Shown: piece by piece, positions 19,331 to 29,238 of the stretch
Layout of the letters: each line of letters starts with the position of its first letter
Position numbering within the stretch: position 1 is the first letter of the stretch
Assembly: GCA_016181305.1 (NCBI GenBank)
Contig: JACOZN010000011.1
Span: 1 to 44,490 of the forward strand
DNA from: Candidatus Woesearchaeota archaeon
Lineage (GTDB): Archaea > Nanobdellota > Nanobdellia > Woesearchaeales > GW2011-AR4
DNA: 44,490 nt
Direction: 5' to 3'
Program-made: the position numbers and the translations under genes
The notes under the pieces: generated by a model
Databases searched by the model: none
Told to the model about the DNA's origin: nothing
What the model saw: the letters and a program-made list of their open reading frames with translations, nothing else

Positions 19331-20995
19331 ATGGCAGACCAGCAGGCAAAAGCAGAGCAGAAAGAAACGCCAATAGCATATGAGCTTGCCAAAAGGCAGA
19401 AGGAAATCTCAGTAGCTGAATTTTTCACAAAAAACAGGCACTTGCTTGGGTTTGACAACAAGAGAAAAGCTCTTTTAATGGCAGTCAAGGAAGCTGTTGA
19501 CAACAGCCTGGATGCGTGCGAGGAGGCAAGAATTCTGCCCGAGATAAGTGTTGAAATCATAGAAATCGGGGAATTTAAGTACAAAGTGATTGTGGAGGAC
19601 AACGGCCCGGGAATTGTGAAAAAGCAGATCCCGAACATCTTCGCAAAGCTGCTTTACGGCAGCAAATTCCACACTTTGAAGCAGGCAAGAGGGCAGCAGG
19701 GCATTGGAATAAGCGCTGCCGTGCTGTATGCGCAATTGACAACAGGCAGGCATGCAAAAATAACCTCGAGAGTTTCCAAAAAAGAGCCTGCTCATTATTA
19801 CGAGCTGGGCATTGACACCCAGCAGAACAAGCCCACAATAGCAAAGGAAGAGACTGTCGAATGGGCAAAGGAGCATGGCACAAGGGTAGAGATTGACCTG
19901 GAAGCAGACTATATGAAAGGCTCCCAATCAGTTGATGAGTACCTGAAGCAGACTGCTGTTATCAACCCCCATGTCACAATCATATACCAGCCTCCAAAAG
20001 GCGAGCAGGTTATATTTGCAAGAGGCACGGATAATCTTCCCTCGCAGCCTCAGGAAATCAAGCCCCATCCTTACGGTATAGAGCTTGGCATGCTCATTGA
20101 TAAGCTGAGATGGACAGAATCAAGGACTTTGCAGAGCTTTCTGACTTCTGAGTTTTCAAGAGTAGGCCCGGGCACTGCAAAAGAAATCTGCCAGCATGCC
20201 GCAGTTTTGCCAAACACAAAGCCAGGCGAAGTGAGCAGGGATATGGCGGAAAAGCTCATACAGGGCATACAAAAAACAAAGATAATTGCTCCGCCGACAG
20301 ACTGCCTGAGCCCCATAGGGGAGGAGCTGCTGCAAAAAGGCCTGCGCAAGGAAATAAAGGCAGAGTTTTACTGCTCAACATCGAGGCCGCCATCTGTTTA
20401 CAGAGGCAACCCTTTCATCATAGAGGCTGGAATCGCTTACGGGGGGGAAATTCCAAAAGAGGAGAAAGCCAACATTTTGAGGTTTGCAAACAGGGTGCCC
20501 CTGCTTTACCAGGAAGGCGCATGCTCAATGACAAAATCAATAATGGAAAACAACTGGAAGGCATATGGACTGCAGCAGTCAGGCGACTCAATTCCTTTCG
20601 GGCCTGTTGTAATAGTTGTGCATATGTCATCTGTGTGGGTGCCGTTCACTTCCGAGTCAAAGGAGGCAATAGCCCATTACGCTGAAATCATAAAGGAAAT
20701 CAAGCTTGCCCTGCAGGAATGCGGAAGGCAGCTCGGCACTTACGTAAGGAAGAAAACAAGGATAAGCCAGCAGATTGAAAGGGCCAACATGTTTGAGAAG
20801 TACATTCCGGAAGTTGCAGAGTCATTGTCAGTCTTGTCCAGCGAGAAAAAGGAGAAAATACTACAGGCGCTGCAGAAAATGCTTGTAAAGCCTGAAATCA
20901 AGAGAGAGATTACTGAAGAGGGGGATGCTGACGACAAATTGTACAGGATGGACTTCAAGAAGGAAAATGAAAAAGCAAGAGAAGAAGCCGGTTAA
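19331..20995 (+). CDS. top6B: DNA topoisomerase VI subunit B
   Basis: GHKL motifs [18 protein letters not shown]...RGQQGIG; FANRVPL. Confidence 0.97.
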   Translation: MADQQAKAEQKETPIAYELAKRQKEISVAEFFTKNRHLLGFDNKRKALLMAVKEAVDNSLDACEEARILPEISVEIIEIGEFKYKVIVEDNGPGIVKKQIPNIFAKLLYGSKFHTLKQARGQQGIGISAAVLYAQLTTGRHAKITSRVSKKEPAHYYELGIDTQQNKPTIAKEETVEWAKEHGTRVEIDLEADYMKGSQSVDEYLKQTAVINPHVTIIYQPPKGEQVIFARGTDNLPSQPQEIKPHPYGIELGMLIDKLRWTESRTLQSFLTSEFSRVGPGTAKEICQHAAVLPNTKPGEVSRDMAEKLIQGIQKTKIIAPPTDCLSPIGEELLQKGLRKEIKAEFYCSTSRPPSVYRGNPFIIEAGIAYGGEIPKEEKANILRFANRVPLLYQEGACSMTKSIMENNWKAYGLQQSGDSIPFGPVVIVVHMSSVWVPFTSESKEAIAHYAEIIKEIKLALQECGRQLGTYVRKKTRISQQIERANMFEKYIPEVAESLSVLSSEKKEKILQALQKMLVKPEIKREITEEGDADDKLYRMDFKKENEKAREEAG

Positions 20996-22055
20996 GGAAC
21001 TGGAAAGCTTTGGAAAGAAGCTTGTCGTGGACATCGAGAAAGGCAGAAATCCAACCATTGAGTTTTCCCTGAGAAGCCTGTCCAATGTGGTGTTTGACGA
21101 GAAGTCAAAGACTCTTGGCTTGGGGGGCAAAACCCAGCAAAGAACCTTTTTCAATGTTGGGCATGCAAAGAAGTTTTTGCAGACTCTTGAAGTGGCAAAG
21201 GTAAGCAAGAATCTTCTTGATGTCGGAAAGCATGCAAGCCTGAGGGACGTATTTTACATGGCAAAGCGCACATTGCCGAGCTCGAACATAAACATTGTTG
21301 ATGACCAAAGCGAAAGCGACAATGCAATAGAGGACCTGGAGCTCATAACAGACTGCTCAAGGGAGCAGCTGAACATTAATGCCAACAAGATGGGCAGCGT
21401 TGCAGGCAATGTTGTAATCGAGGATTCTGGCGACTCAATAAACTGGGCAAAGCTTGGCTCAGGCGGCTGGAGCATTCCTTCAAATGTCGAGAACATTGAG
21501 TTTAAGAGCGTCAAGGCAAAATATGTAATTTACATGGAAAAACAGGCAGTGTGGGAAAGGCTGCATGAAGACAAGTTCTGGGAAAAGCAGAACTGCATAA
21601 TTGTAACATCGCAGGGGCAGACAACAAGGGGCATAAGAAGGCTTCTTCAGGTGCTGAATGATGAGCACGACCTGCCAATTTACGTGCTTGCAGACTTTGA
21701 TCCATGGGGATTTTATATCTATTCCGTTTTGAAGTTTGGCTCAATCAACCTTGCCCATATGTCAGGCACAATGACTTTGCAGAATGCAAGGTTTCTGGGC
21801 ATCACGGCAGACGATGCCACGAATTATGACCTGAAAAAGCACTTCATCAAGTTCAAGGATGTTGACTTTACAAGGCTGAAGCAGATAGCAGACTACGACT
21901 GGTTCAAGAAGAACAAGGCTTGGCAGCGCCAGTTCAAGATGATGAAAGACTTTGGCGCAAAGCTGGAAATTCAGGCTTTAAGCTCAAAAGGCATAACATT
22001 TATATCTGAAAAGTACTTGCCCGAGAAGATAAAGAAAGGTGAGTTCCTTGACTGA
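20967..22055 (+). CDS. top6A: DNA topoisomerase VI subunit A
   Basis: SLRDVFY catalytic Tyr, MEK, DFDPWG TOPRIM, KLEIQAL; start at MKKQEK. Confidence 0.96.
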   Translation: MKKQEKKPVKELESFGKKLVVDIEKGRNPTIEFSLRSLSNVVFDEKSKTLGLGGKTQQRTFFNVGHAKKFLQTLEVAKVSKNLLDVGKHASLRDVFYMAKRTLPSSNINIVDDQSESDNAIEDLELITDCSREQLNINANKMGSVAGNVVIEDSGDSINWAKLGSGGWSIPSNVENIEFKSVKAKYVIYMEKQAVWERLHEDKFWEKQNCIIVTSQGQTTRGIRRLLQVLNDEHDLPIYVLADFDPWGFYIYSVLKFGSINLAHMSGTMTLQNARFLGITADDATNYDLKKHFIKFKDVDFTRLKQIADYDWFKKNKAWQRQFKMMKDFGAKLEIQALSSKGITFISEKYLPEKIKKGEFLD

Positions 22056-22056
22056 C

Positions 22057-22212
22057 ATGCCTCAGCAAAAAGAAAAGAAAAGCGATGCGCCGCCTTCATG
22101 TGTGGGATGCGTCCGCTGGGAAAAGTTCGGGAAGAACTGCTACTATTACTGGGAGGGCAAGAAGCACTGCACGATGTGGGTTGGCTCGTGGGACGATGCT
22201 TTGTCGCAATAA
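22057..22212 (+). CDS. Small Cys/Trp-rich protein (not in ORF track)
   Basis: MPQQKEKKSDAPPSCVGCVRWEKFGKNCYYYWEGKKHCTMWVGSWDDALSQ; starts 1 nt after the top6A stop and fills the gap. Confidence 0.6.
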   Translation: MPQQKEKKSDAPPSCVGCVRWEKFGKNCYYYWEGKKHCTMWVGSWDDALSQ

Positions 22213-22243
22213 ACTATTTAAATGATGGAATATCCATTTTCTT

Positions 22244-23194
22244 ATGCCTTACACGGTTAGTCTGGAAAAATGCAGTTCTTACAGCCAAAGCGAGGTTGAC
22301 AAGGCAGCCGGCAGACTCATATCCAATTTGGGCGGCATCTCAAGATTCATAAAAAAAGGGCAGAAAGTTCTCCTGAAGCCTAATGTTGTAAGAGGGGCGT
22401 CTCCGGAAGAAGGCATGACTACGCACCCTGCTGTCATCGAGGCTGTTGTAAAAATCCTTAAGGAAAACAGGTGTGAAATCCTTGTCGGCGACAGCCCGTT
22501 TTCAGACGACACTATGGGGGCGATGAAGGCATGCGGGATTTATGATGCCTGCAGAAGGCATAATGCTGAAATTGCAGCATTCGACAAAAAAATAAACGTA
22601 AAAAACGACCGTGGATTAGTTGTCAAGGAATTCCCGTTAACTCATTACTTTGATGAGGTTGATGCTGTCATTAACATGCCAAAATTAAAGACGCATTGCC
22701 AGCTTTACTTTACAGGCGCTGTCAAGAACCTATACAGCATGATGCCGGGCCCGAGAAGGGGGTTTTACCATCTGAAATACTCCAACATGGAGTACTTTGC
22801 CAACATGCTGCTTGACTTGTACGCTTTGCTGAAAGAAAAGGTCGTTTTAAATCTCATTGATGGCGTTTACGGCATGGAAGGCAACGGCCCCTGCAACGGC
22901 TCAGCAAAATTTGCAGGCATTCTTGCTGCATCAAGCGATGCAAACGCGCTGGATTTTGTGTCGTGCAGTTTAATTGGCTTGGACGCCAACAATCTTCCGA
23001 CTTTGCATTACGCAAGAAAGAGAAAAGATTACCTGTTTGACGAAAAAAACGTTAAGATTACAGGAGAAGGCATTAAAAATATTAAAATAGAGCCTTTTCA
23101 AGAGGCTGAGTACAGTACTTTGAACATGATGCCCGAGTTTGTGAACAGCTTCAAGGACTACATAATGAGGCACAAGGAAGAGCTTGTTTATTGA
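22244..23194 (+). CDS. DUF362 domain protein
   Basis: VLLKPN, TTHPAV, GDS, PKLKTH, GAVKN, DGVYGMEGNGP. Confidence 0.9.
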   Translation: MPYTVSLEKCSSYSQSEVDKAAGRLISNLGGISRFIKKGQKVLLKPNVVRGASPEEGMTTHPAVIEAVVKILKENRCEILVGDSPFSDDTMGAMKACGIYDACRRHNAEIAAFDKKINVKNDRGLVVKEFPLTHYFDEVDAVINMPKLKTHCQLYFTGAVKNLYSMMPGPRRGFYHLKYSNMEYFANMLLDLYALLKEKVVLNLIDGVYGMEGNGPCNGSAKFAGILAASSDANALDFVSCSLIGLDANNLPTLHYARKRKDYLFDEKNVKITGEGIKNIKIEPFQEAEYSTLNMMPEFVNSFKDYIMRHKEELVY

Positions 23195-23233
23195 CAACTT
23201 TTATAAATAATTGATTTAATTCTGCATCTTTAC

Positions 23234-23383
23234 GGGCTAGTAGCTCAGCTTGGAGAGTAATCAGATTGTGTTACTCGCGCAAATAGAGCGCCTGCCTTCT
23301 ATTCCAGACCATGGGTTTGCTCCTTTGCACCCTTCGGTTTTGAAGCAAGCAGGAGGTCGGGGGTTCGAATCCTCCCTGGCCCG
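23234..23383 (+). tRNA. tRNA-Arg(TCT) with two introns (D-loop 23254-23282; 37/38 23302-23347)
   Basis: Removing both introns gives GGGCTAGTAGCTCAGCTTGGATAGAGCGCCTGCCTTCTAAGCAGGAGGTCGGGGGTTCGAATCCTCCCTGGCCCG; TTTATAAA promoter upstream. Confidence 0.88.
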
Positions 23384-23408
23384 TATTTTCATTATCTGCA
23401 ATAGTTCC

Positions 23409-23556
23409 GCGTAATCGTAGATTACGCATTGACTTGAAAATATAGATTTTCAAGTTCCCAAAAATCCATGGATTTTTTAGGACATGGTTTTCCAGTGACT
23501 TGCGAGTGAGCTCGTTGCGAACTCGCTCACATTCGACTGCTTTTTTCAAAAGGTTG
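23409..23556. repeat. Array of about five palindromes/hairpins (REP- or MITE-like)
   Basis: GCGTAATC/GATTACGC; ACTTGAAAAT/ATTTTCAAGT; 18-bp palindrome AAAAATCCATGGATTTTT; GCGAGT/ACTCGC or GTGAGC/GCTCAC; CTTTT-TTC-AAAAG. Confidence 0.75.
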
Positions 23557-23623
23557 TTCTGAATCGCAAAGTTTTTAAACCCTTAATTTAAGAGTATAAA
23601 AATAACCTAAAGGAGGTGCAATA

Positions 23624-23848
23624 ATGGATTCAACATGCCATGACGGCGCATGCGGCAAGTGCTGGGCGGCAAAATACATTCTTTTTGGTATAGTGCTGTT
23701 TGTAGCAAGCTGGTATGCAAAGTCGCAAGGTGATGTGTATATAATATGGTACACCTTGGCTGGATTGCTGGTGCTGAAAGGCATAGTCAAGATGGCAAAG
23801 CCTGTGTGCCCGCATTGCGAAGAGCCTGCCAGGAAGAGCAAGAAATAA
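23624..23848 (+). CDS. Small membrane protein with terminal Cys motifs
   Basis: GGAGGTG SD; CHDGACGKC, two TM helices, CPHC. Confidence 0.7.
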   Translation: MDSTCHDGACGKCWAAKYILFGIVLFVASWYAKSQGDVYIIWYTLAGLLVLKGIVKMAKPVCPHCEEPARKSKK

Positions 23849-23898
23849 AGCTCTGCTTTAATTAAATTTTTATAGCCTAGATTTTTCTATGCTTATCT

Positions 23899-24642
23899 AT
23901 GGCTGTCATTAAAAAAGTACTGATTACAATGCAGGGCAGGAAATTCTATGCGAAAAGCCTTGAGGAGGATTTGCACACCCAATACGGCTTTATAAGAAAA
24001 GAAGAGCTGAAAGAAGCAAAAGAAGGCAGCCTGCTCAAGTCCAACACAGGCAGGGAGTTCTATGTTTTTAACCCGCATTTCATTGACGAGTACAGGAAGA
24101 TAAAAAGGGATGCCCAGATAGTACCCTTGAAGGACATAGGGCTGATAATTGCCGAAACAGGCATCAACAAAAAAAGCAAAGTTTTGGATGCCGGCTCAGG
24201 CTCAGGCGCTTTGGCGTGCTTTCTCGCAGCCATAGCAAAGGAAGTCGTAACCTATGAAATCAGGGACGATTTCATTGAAATTGTGAAGCAGAACATTGAC
24301 TTCCTGCAGTTAAAAAACATAAAAATAAGGAAAAAAGATATCTACAATGAAATTGGTGACAAAGGCTTTGATGTTGTTATTCTGGACCTCCCAGAGCCAT
24401 GGAAAGCTATTGAAAGCTGCTCAAAAGCATTGAAGCCCGGCGGGTTTATTGTGTCTTACAGCCCTTCTGTGCCTCAAGTGGCTGATTTTGTGAATGCTTT
24501 GAGGAAGAATGAAAATTTTGTGTATCTTAAGACGGCTGAGATAACTGAAAGGGAATGGGAAGTTGAGGAAAGAAAAGTCCGCCCTAAAAGCCAGGGCTTG
24601 GGGCATTCTGGGTTCCTGAGCTTTGGGAGGAAAGTGGCATAA
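23899..24642 (+). CDS. trmI: tRNA (adenine-N1)-methyltransferase TrmI/GCD14 family
   Basis: VLDAGSGSG, YEIR, LDLPEPW, YSPSVPQV, VRP...GHSGFL. Confidence 0.9.
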   Translation: MAVIKKVLITMQGRKFYAKSLEEDLHTQYGFIRKEELKEAKEGSLLKSNTGREFYVFNPHFIDEYRKIKRDAQIVPLKDIGLIIAETGINKKSKVLDAGSGSGALACFLAAIAKEVVTYEIRDDFIEIVKQNIDFLQLKNIKIRKKDIYNEIGDKGFDVVILDLPEPWKAIESCSKALKPGGFIVSYSPSVPQVADFVNALRKNENFVYLKTAEITEREWEVEERKVRPKSQGLGHSGFLSFGRKVA

Positions 24643-24643
24643 A

Positions 24644-25285
24644 ATGTTCTTCAGGCAAGTCCATGTCGGCCCGATGCAGAACTTCAGCTATATCATAGGG
24701 GATAAAAATAGCAAGGAAGCTGTTGTTGTTGACGCAGGCTGGGAAGCAGATAAACTGATTGAAATTGCAAAGAAAGAAAATTTACAAATCAAAAAAATAA
24801 TATTAACACATTCCCATTACGACCACATTCAAAAAGTGGATGAGCTGGCATCAAAGACAAATGCAGAAGTTTATTTTCATGAGGATGACTACAATGAAAT
24901 CAAAAGTATAATAAAAAACCCGAATATAAAAATTCATAAATTAAAAAATAATGATGAAATTTATGTTGGAAAAATAAAAATCAAGGTTATCCATACGCCC
25001 GGGCATACCCCGGGAGCAATCTGCCTTCTTGCAGGGAATAAATTAATCACAGGCGACACCTTGTTTGTGAATGCGATAGGAAGGACTGACTTGGCAGGCG
25101 GTGACTCATTGAAATTGTTTGAGAGTTTGCAAAAATTGAAGAAATTAGATGACAAAATTGAAGTTTACCCTGGGCATGACTATGGTGACATTCCATTCTC
25201 AACAATCGGCGGGGAGAAAAAGGCAAATCCTTATTTTAAATGTGAAAGCAAAGAGCAGTTTTTGAGTTTGCTTGGGGTGTTTTGA
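24644..25285 (+). CDS. MBL-fold metallo-hydrolase (glyoxalase II-like)
   Basis: THSHYDH, HTPGHT, TGDTLF, YPGH. Confidence 0.92.
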   Translation: MFFRQVHVGPMQNFSYIIGDKNSKEAVVVDAGWEADKLIEIAKKENLQIKKIILTHSHYDHIQKVDELASKTNAEVYFHEDDYNEIKSIIKNPNIKIHKLKNNDEIYVGKIKIKVIHTPGHTPGAICLLAGNKLITGDTLFVNAIGRTDLAGGDSLKLFESLQKLKKLDDKIEVYPGHDYGDIPFSTIGGEKKANPYFKCESKEQFLSLLGVF

Positions 25286-25524
25286 ATAAAGTGAAAAATA
25301 AAATAACAAAAAATAATAAAATTAGAAAAAATATTGGACTTGGAATATTGCTAGGTTTAATTTTTGGACTTTTTGGATTTATCGGAAGCTATAGTGCTAA
25401 TTTTTTATGGTGGTATCAACAGAAATATGAACAAACTTTAATTTTAAGCGGTATTGTTGCTTTGATTTTACTTTTTGGAATAGCTCTTCTATTTTTTTAT
25501 TTAGGAAAAAAATGGTCAGAATAA
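25282..25524 (+). CDS. Small AT-rich two-TM protein
   Basis: Two hydrophobic segments; start (TTG/GTG) uncertain. Confidence 0.45.
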   Translation: MNKVKNKITKNNKIRKNIGLGILLGLIFGLFGFIGSYSANFLWWYQQKYEQTLILSGIVALILLFGIALLFFYLGKKWSE

Positions 25525-25534
25525 AATAATTCAT

Positions 25535-26002
25535 TCAAAAAAACATGCTATAAACATACTCATCCTTATCCTTGTAATAATGCTCTTTCAAAGTCGTCTC
25601 GTGCCTGAATCCAAGCTTTTCATAGAACCTGTGAGCCCTTGTGTTGTCTGCACGGGTTAATAAATATAATTTCCTCAATTTTGACCTGTTTTTCCTGTAA
25701 AATGATTTTGCATCTTTAATCAATGCCTGAAATAACTTATGTGCAACTCCTTTTCCCCTGTATTCCGGCAAAACCGCAATCCTGTCCAATTCGCACAATT
25801 GGTGCTTTGGCAAGCCGTGCACCAGCCACGTCACAATTCCAATTAATTTCCCTTTGTCTTCTGCAACAATATAATGGTGCTGTTTTTTGGTTTCATTTTT
25901 GAATACACTAATGCCTTCATTTAAATCTTTAATATTATAACCCTGAACTAAAACATTTGCAATTCCTTTTGCGTCTTTGCCTGTTGCTTTTCTTATTTTC
26001 AT
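25535..26002 (-). CDS. GNAT family N-acetyltransferase
   Basis: IAVLPEYRGKGVA, N-x-x-A-x-x-FYEKLGF. Confidence 0.9.
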   Translation of the reverse strand: MKIRKATGKDAKGIANVLVQGYNIKDLNEGISVFKNETKKQHHYIVAEDKGKLIGIVTWLVHGLPKHQLCELDRIAVLPEYRGKGVAHKLFQALIKDAKSFYRKNRSKLRKLYLLTRADNTRAHRFYEKLGFRHETTLKEHYYKDKDEYVYSMFF

Positions 26003-26003
26003 C

Positions 26004-26459
26004 TTAAACCCATCTTCTCACTTTTTTCTTGTAATCCAAGTATTTTTTTCCGAAAATGCTTTCCATAAGCTTTTCCTCTCTTGGGGCAAAATAGTAGTTC
26101 ATTATAAGGAAAAATATCAAAGGCGACAAAAATGACAGCAGATTCCCGATGTAAACGGAAATTCCGAGCAACCCGATTGTCACTCCCAGATACATAGGGT
26201 TTCTTGTGAATTTGTATGTCCCTTCTGCAACCATGAAAGTTGGCTTTTGCCCGGGTATGATTGGAGTTTTGTTTTTCTTGAAGAAATAGAAAGACGAGAA
26301 AGTTATTGACAGCCCAAATATAAAAAATAAAATTCCAACATATCTGTAATTGCCAGCTATAAACCTGAATTTGGGAAAAAGATAGTCAGCCAGCCACGAC
26401 AAAAACAAAAGAGTAAATGCAATGTACGGAGGTTTTATCATCATTTTGTTGGTATGCAT
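26004..26459 (-). CDS. ICMT/PEMT family membrane methyltransferase
   Basis: GTYKFTRNPMYLG, EEKLM...FGKKYLDYKKKVRRW. Confidence 0.88.
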   Translation of the reverse strand: MHTNKMMIKPPYIAFTLLFLSWLADYLFPKFRFIAGNYRYVGILFFIFGLSITFSSFYFFKKNKTPIIPGQKPTFMVAEGTYKFTRNPMYLGVTIGLLGISVYIGNLLSFLSPLIFFLIMNYYFAPREEKLMESIFGKKYLDYKKKVRRWV

Positions 26460-26476
26460 AAAAGATATTATAAACC

Positions 26477-28306
26477 TTACTCTACGACAACCGACTTAGC
26501 CAGGTTCCTCGGCTTGTCAATGTCCCTTCCAAGCTTGTCAGCAATGTGGTAAGCAAGCAGCTGCAGCGGAATCACCGCAAGCATCGAGCTTAATGTATAA
26601 AGAGTTTTTGGAATAAATATGGTATGGCCTGCCTTTTTTGGGATTTCACTGTCGCCTTCTGTTGCAATCGCAATCACGATGCCTCCTCTCGCCTTCACTT
26701 CTTCAATATTGCCCAAAATCTTGCTGTGGGTGTAAATATCATGGGGCGCTATGAAAACGACAGGCATATTCTCGTCAATCAGCGCAATCGGCCCGTGCTT
26801 CATCTCAGCAGCAGGATAGCCTTCTGCGTGCATGTAGCTGACCTCCTTTAATTTCAAGGCGCCTTCAAGGGCAATCGGGAAATTAACGCCCCTGCCAAGA
26901 TAAAGGGAGTTTGTTTTCTTGTGGTAAAGCTCAGCGCAGTTCATAATCTCCATGTCTTCGTTAAGGACAGATGCCATCTGCAATGGGATTTTTCTTATTC
27001 CGTCAATCATGTCCTTTATCTGCCTGTCGTTTAACGTTTTTCTGGCTTTTGAAAACAGTATTGTAAGGAGGTACAAGACAGCAAGCTGTGTCGTGAAGGC
27101 TTTTGTCGATGCAACCCCGATTTCAGGGCCTGCCATTGTATAAACAGCGCCGTCAGCAGCCCTTGTTATGGAGCTTCCCCTTACGTTGCATATTGCAATT
27201 GTCTTGACTCCAAGCTTTTTTGCCTCTTTTAATGCAGCGACTGTGTCTGCTGTTTCGCCGCTCTGGCTTATTGCTATAACCAAAGTATTCTTTTTTATAA
27301 TTGGGTTCCTGTACCTAAACTCTGACGCGTACTCAACCTCTGTTGTTATTTTTGCAAGCTCCTCGAACATGAACTTGCCCACCAAGGCAGCATGCCATGA
27401 AGTGCCGCAGCCGATTATCTTTACATCTTCAATCTCCAGAATTTCTTTATCGCTTAGGTTAATCTCTTCTTCAAAAATAACATTGCCGTTTTTCAGCCTT
27501 CCGTTAAGGGTTTCTGTTATTGCCCTCGGCTGCTCATAAATTTCTTTCAGCATGAAATGCTTGTAGCCTCCCTTTTCAGCGTCTTCCCTGCTCCAGTTTA
27601 TTCTGCTGACTTTGAAATTCTTTTTGGCTCCTTCCAGGTCCGAAATTGCTATGCTGCCTTTGCCGAGCACGGCAGTTTCCCTGTCATGCAGATAAACAAA
27701 GCTGTTTGTGTATTCGAGCAATGCAGGAATGTCAGAAGCAATAAACATTCCATTGCTTCCTTTTCCTATGATGAGCGGGCTTTCGTTCCTTGCAGCAACC
27801 AGCTTGTCGGGCTCGTCAGCGCAGATAACCCCCAAAGCATAGGAGCCATTGACTTCCTTAAGCGCATTCCTGACAGCTTCTTCAAAGCCGGAATTCTTCA
27901 TATACTCCTCAATCAGATGCGCTATAACCTCTGTGTCTGTTTCAGAGCTGAAGGCATGGTTTTTCTGCATCAGCTTTTCCTTAAGCTGGCTGTAGTTCTC
28001 TATAATGCCGTTATGGACAACTACAATCTTGTTTGAGCAGTCAGCATGCGGATGGGCATTGCTCTTTGTAACGCTGCCATGGGTTGCCCAGCGGCAATGC
28101 GCCAATCCTGCGGATCCTTTAAGCATGGACAAGTCAATCTTCTTTTCCACATCCTCTATCCTGCCAATGTCCTTTTCTATCGCAATGCCTTTGTTCACTA
28201 TGGCAAATCCCGCAGAATCATAGCCCCTGTACTCAAGGCTTTTCAGCCCTTTCAGAAGCATAGGATAAGCCTCGCCATTTCCGATATAACCGACAATTCC
28301 GCACAT
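26477..28306 (-). CDS. glmS: Glutamine--fructose-6-phosphate transaminase
   Basis: MCGIVG, EYRGYDSAG, HCRWATHG, SQSGETADT, PRNLAKSV. Confidence 0.98.
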   Translation of the reverse strand: MCGIVGYIGNGEAYPMLLKGLKSLEYRGYDSAGFAIVNKGIAIEKDIGRIEDVEKKIDLSMLKGSAGLAHCRWATHGSVTKSNAHPHADCSNKIVVVHNGIIENYSQLKEKLMQKNHAFSSETDTEVIAHLIEEYMKNSGFEEAVRNALKEVNGSYALGVICADEPDKLVAARNESPLIIGKGSNGMFIASDIPALLEYTNSFVYLHDRETAVLGKGSIAISDLEGAKKNFKVSRINWSREDAEKGGYKHFMLKEIYEQPRAITETLNGRLKNGNVIFEEEINLSDKEILEIEDVKIIGCGTSWHAALVGKFMFEELAKITTEVEYASEFRYRNPIIKKNTLVIAISQSGETADTVAALKEAKKLGVKTIAICNVRGSSITRAADGAVYTMAGPEIGVASTKAFTTQLAVLYLLTILFSKARKTLNDRQIKDMIDGIRKIPLQMASVLNEDMEIMNCAELYHKKTNSLYLGRGVNFPIALEGALKLKEVSYMHAEGYPAAEMKHGPIALIDENMPVVFIAPHDIYTHSKILGNIEEVKARGGIVIAIATEGDSEIPKKAGHTIFIPKTLYTLSSMLAVIPLQLLAYHIADKLGRDIDKPRNLAKSVVVE

Positions 28307-28484
28307 TTAAGCTGCCTCTACAAATTCAGACTTCATATTAAAAATAAGTGCGTCCCAAAAGAGGATTGAAGAGACGCACTTGGAGTGTTTATCTGATGAG
28401 GTAGCCTAGTAAACATAGCTTGTTTATAAATGTTATTAAAAGAATTATAGGAGTATTATAAAAAAAACTATAATACATATAATA

Positions 28485-29129
28485 CTATTGGTTTAATGCA
28501 GATAAATGCGGCAGTATAAGGGGGTCGTCATGTAGTATCTTCCTATGATTATTTATTGCCCTCTGCTTATAGACGAAAGAAGCTTTGGATAGGTCAACTA
28601 CCATGTCTTTATGAATCCACTCAATTCTCTCTATTGCTTCTATATAAATGCGTGGGCTTATTGATTTGTCAAGCACTTTTTTATTCAAAAGGTAAAGAAA
28701 TCCAATATATTGCCGTTTTGCTTCTTTGTCCCCCCACAAGTCACGAATCCACGAATTATTTCGCCTGCCAAATAGCATGTACCTTAAGTCCACATCTCCG
28801 GCAAATTCCGCGCCTGTAACTACATTATCCAACGACTTGGGCCTGGAAAGAAATGGTGTTTCCGATTTTAATCCTCTGGACACAAGCTTAATGCCGCCGT
28901 ATAATGTGCGCGCTACTCCATGCTCTTCCAAATCCCTGATTTTTGCCTCATAATTCAACTCTATAATTTCAGCAACCATTGGATAGGCTACCACACTTAT
29001 AATTTCAGCCCTTTCTCTCTTTGAACTGCCGTTGCTCCTGCCTCCAAGATTGATTGTAACAGTCTCTTTTGCCCAGTTTTCAGGGTTTCTCACGAGCAGT
29101 GCAATGCCGTCATAATCTATTCTTTCCAT
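28485..29129 (-). CDS. Hypothetical protein (no family recognised)
   Basis: Uninterrupted ~214-aa ORF; ATG at 29129 preferred over the TTG at 29147. Confidence 0.55.
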   Translation of the reverse strand: MERIDYDGIALLVRNPENWAKETVTINLGGRSNGSSKRERAEIISVVAYPMVAEIIELNYEAKIRDLEEHGVARTLYGGIKLVSRGLKSETPFLSRPKSLDNVVTGAEFAGDVDLRYMLFGRRNNSWIRDLWGDKEAKRQYIGFLYLLNKKVLDKSISPRIYIEAIERIEWIHKDMVVDLSKASFVYKQRAINNHRKILHDDPLILPHLSALNQ

Positions 29130-29238
29130 TTTACTTATAGGAAACAAGCGCTATTTTTAAACATTAACCATAAATCATCACAAATAATTTATAACACCAT
29201 TAAAAAACTTTTTATAGTAGTTCATCTTTTTACTTATT

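Noticed and set aside
23296-23348. Reading this tRNA as Ala(TGC) with a 34/35 intron
   Set aside because: No G3:U70 pair, the discriminator is G, and the splice motif fits 37/38 giving TCT.
23271-23549. Track ORF 23271-23549 (minus) and the many antisense or alternate-frame ORFs inside recognised genes
   Set aside because: They overlap tRNAs or well-supported genes and have no recognisable motifs; treated as shadows.
28386-28415. Hammerhead ribozyme or C/D box RNA, suggested by CTGATGAG inside a TGTTTA/TAAACA stem
   Set aside because: No GAAA core strand or stem II, and no downstream CTGA D box.
28307-28430. glmS ribozyme
   Set aside because: None of the conserved core I recall (AGCGCC...GACGAGG) is present, and the leader is too short.
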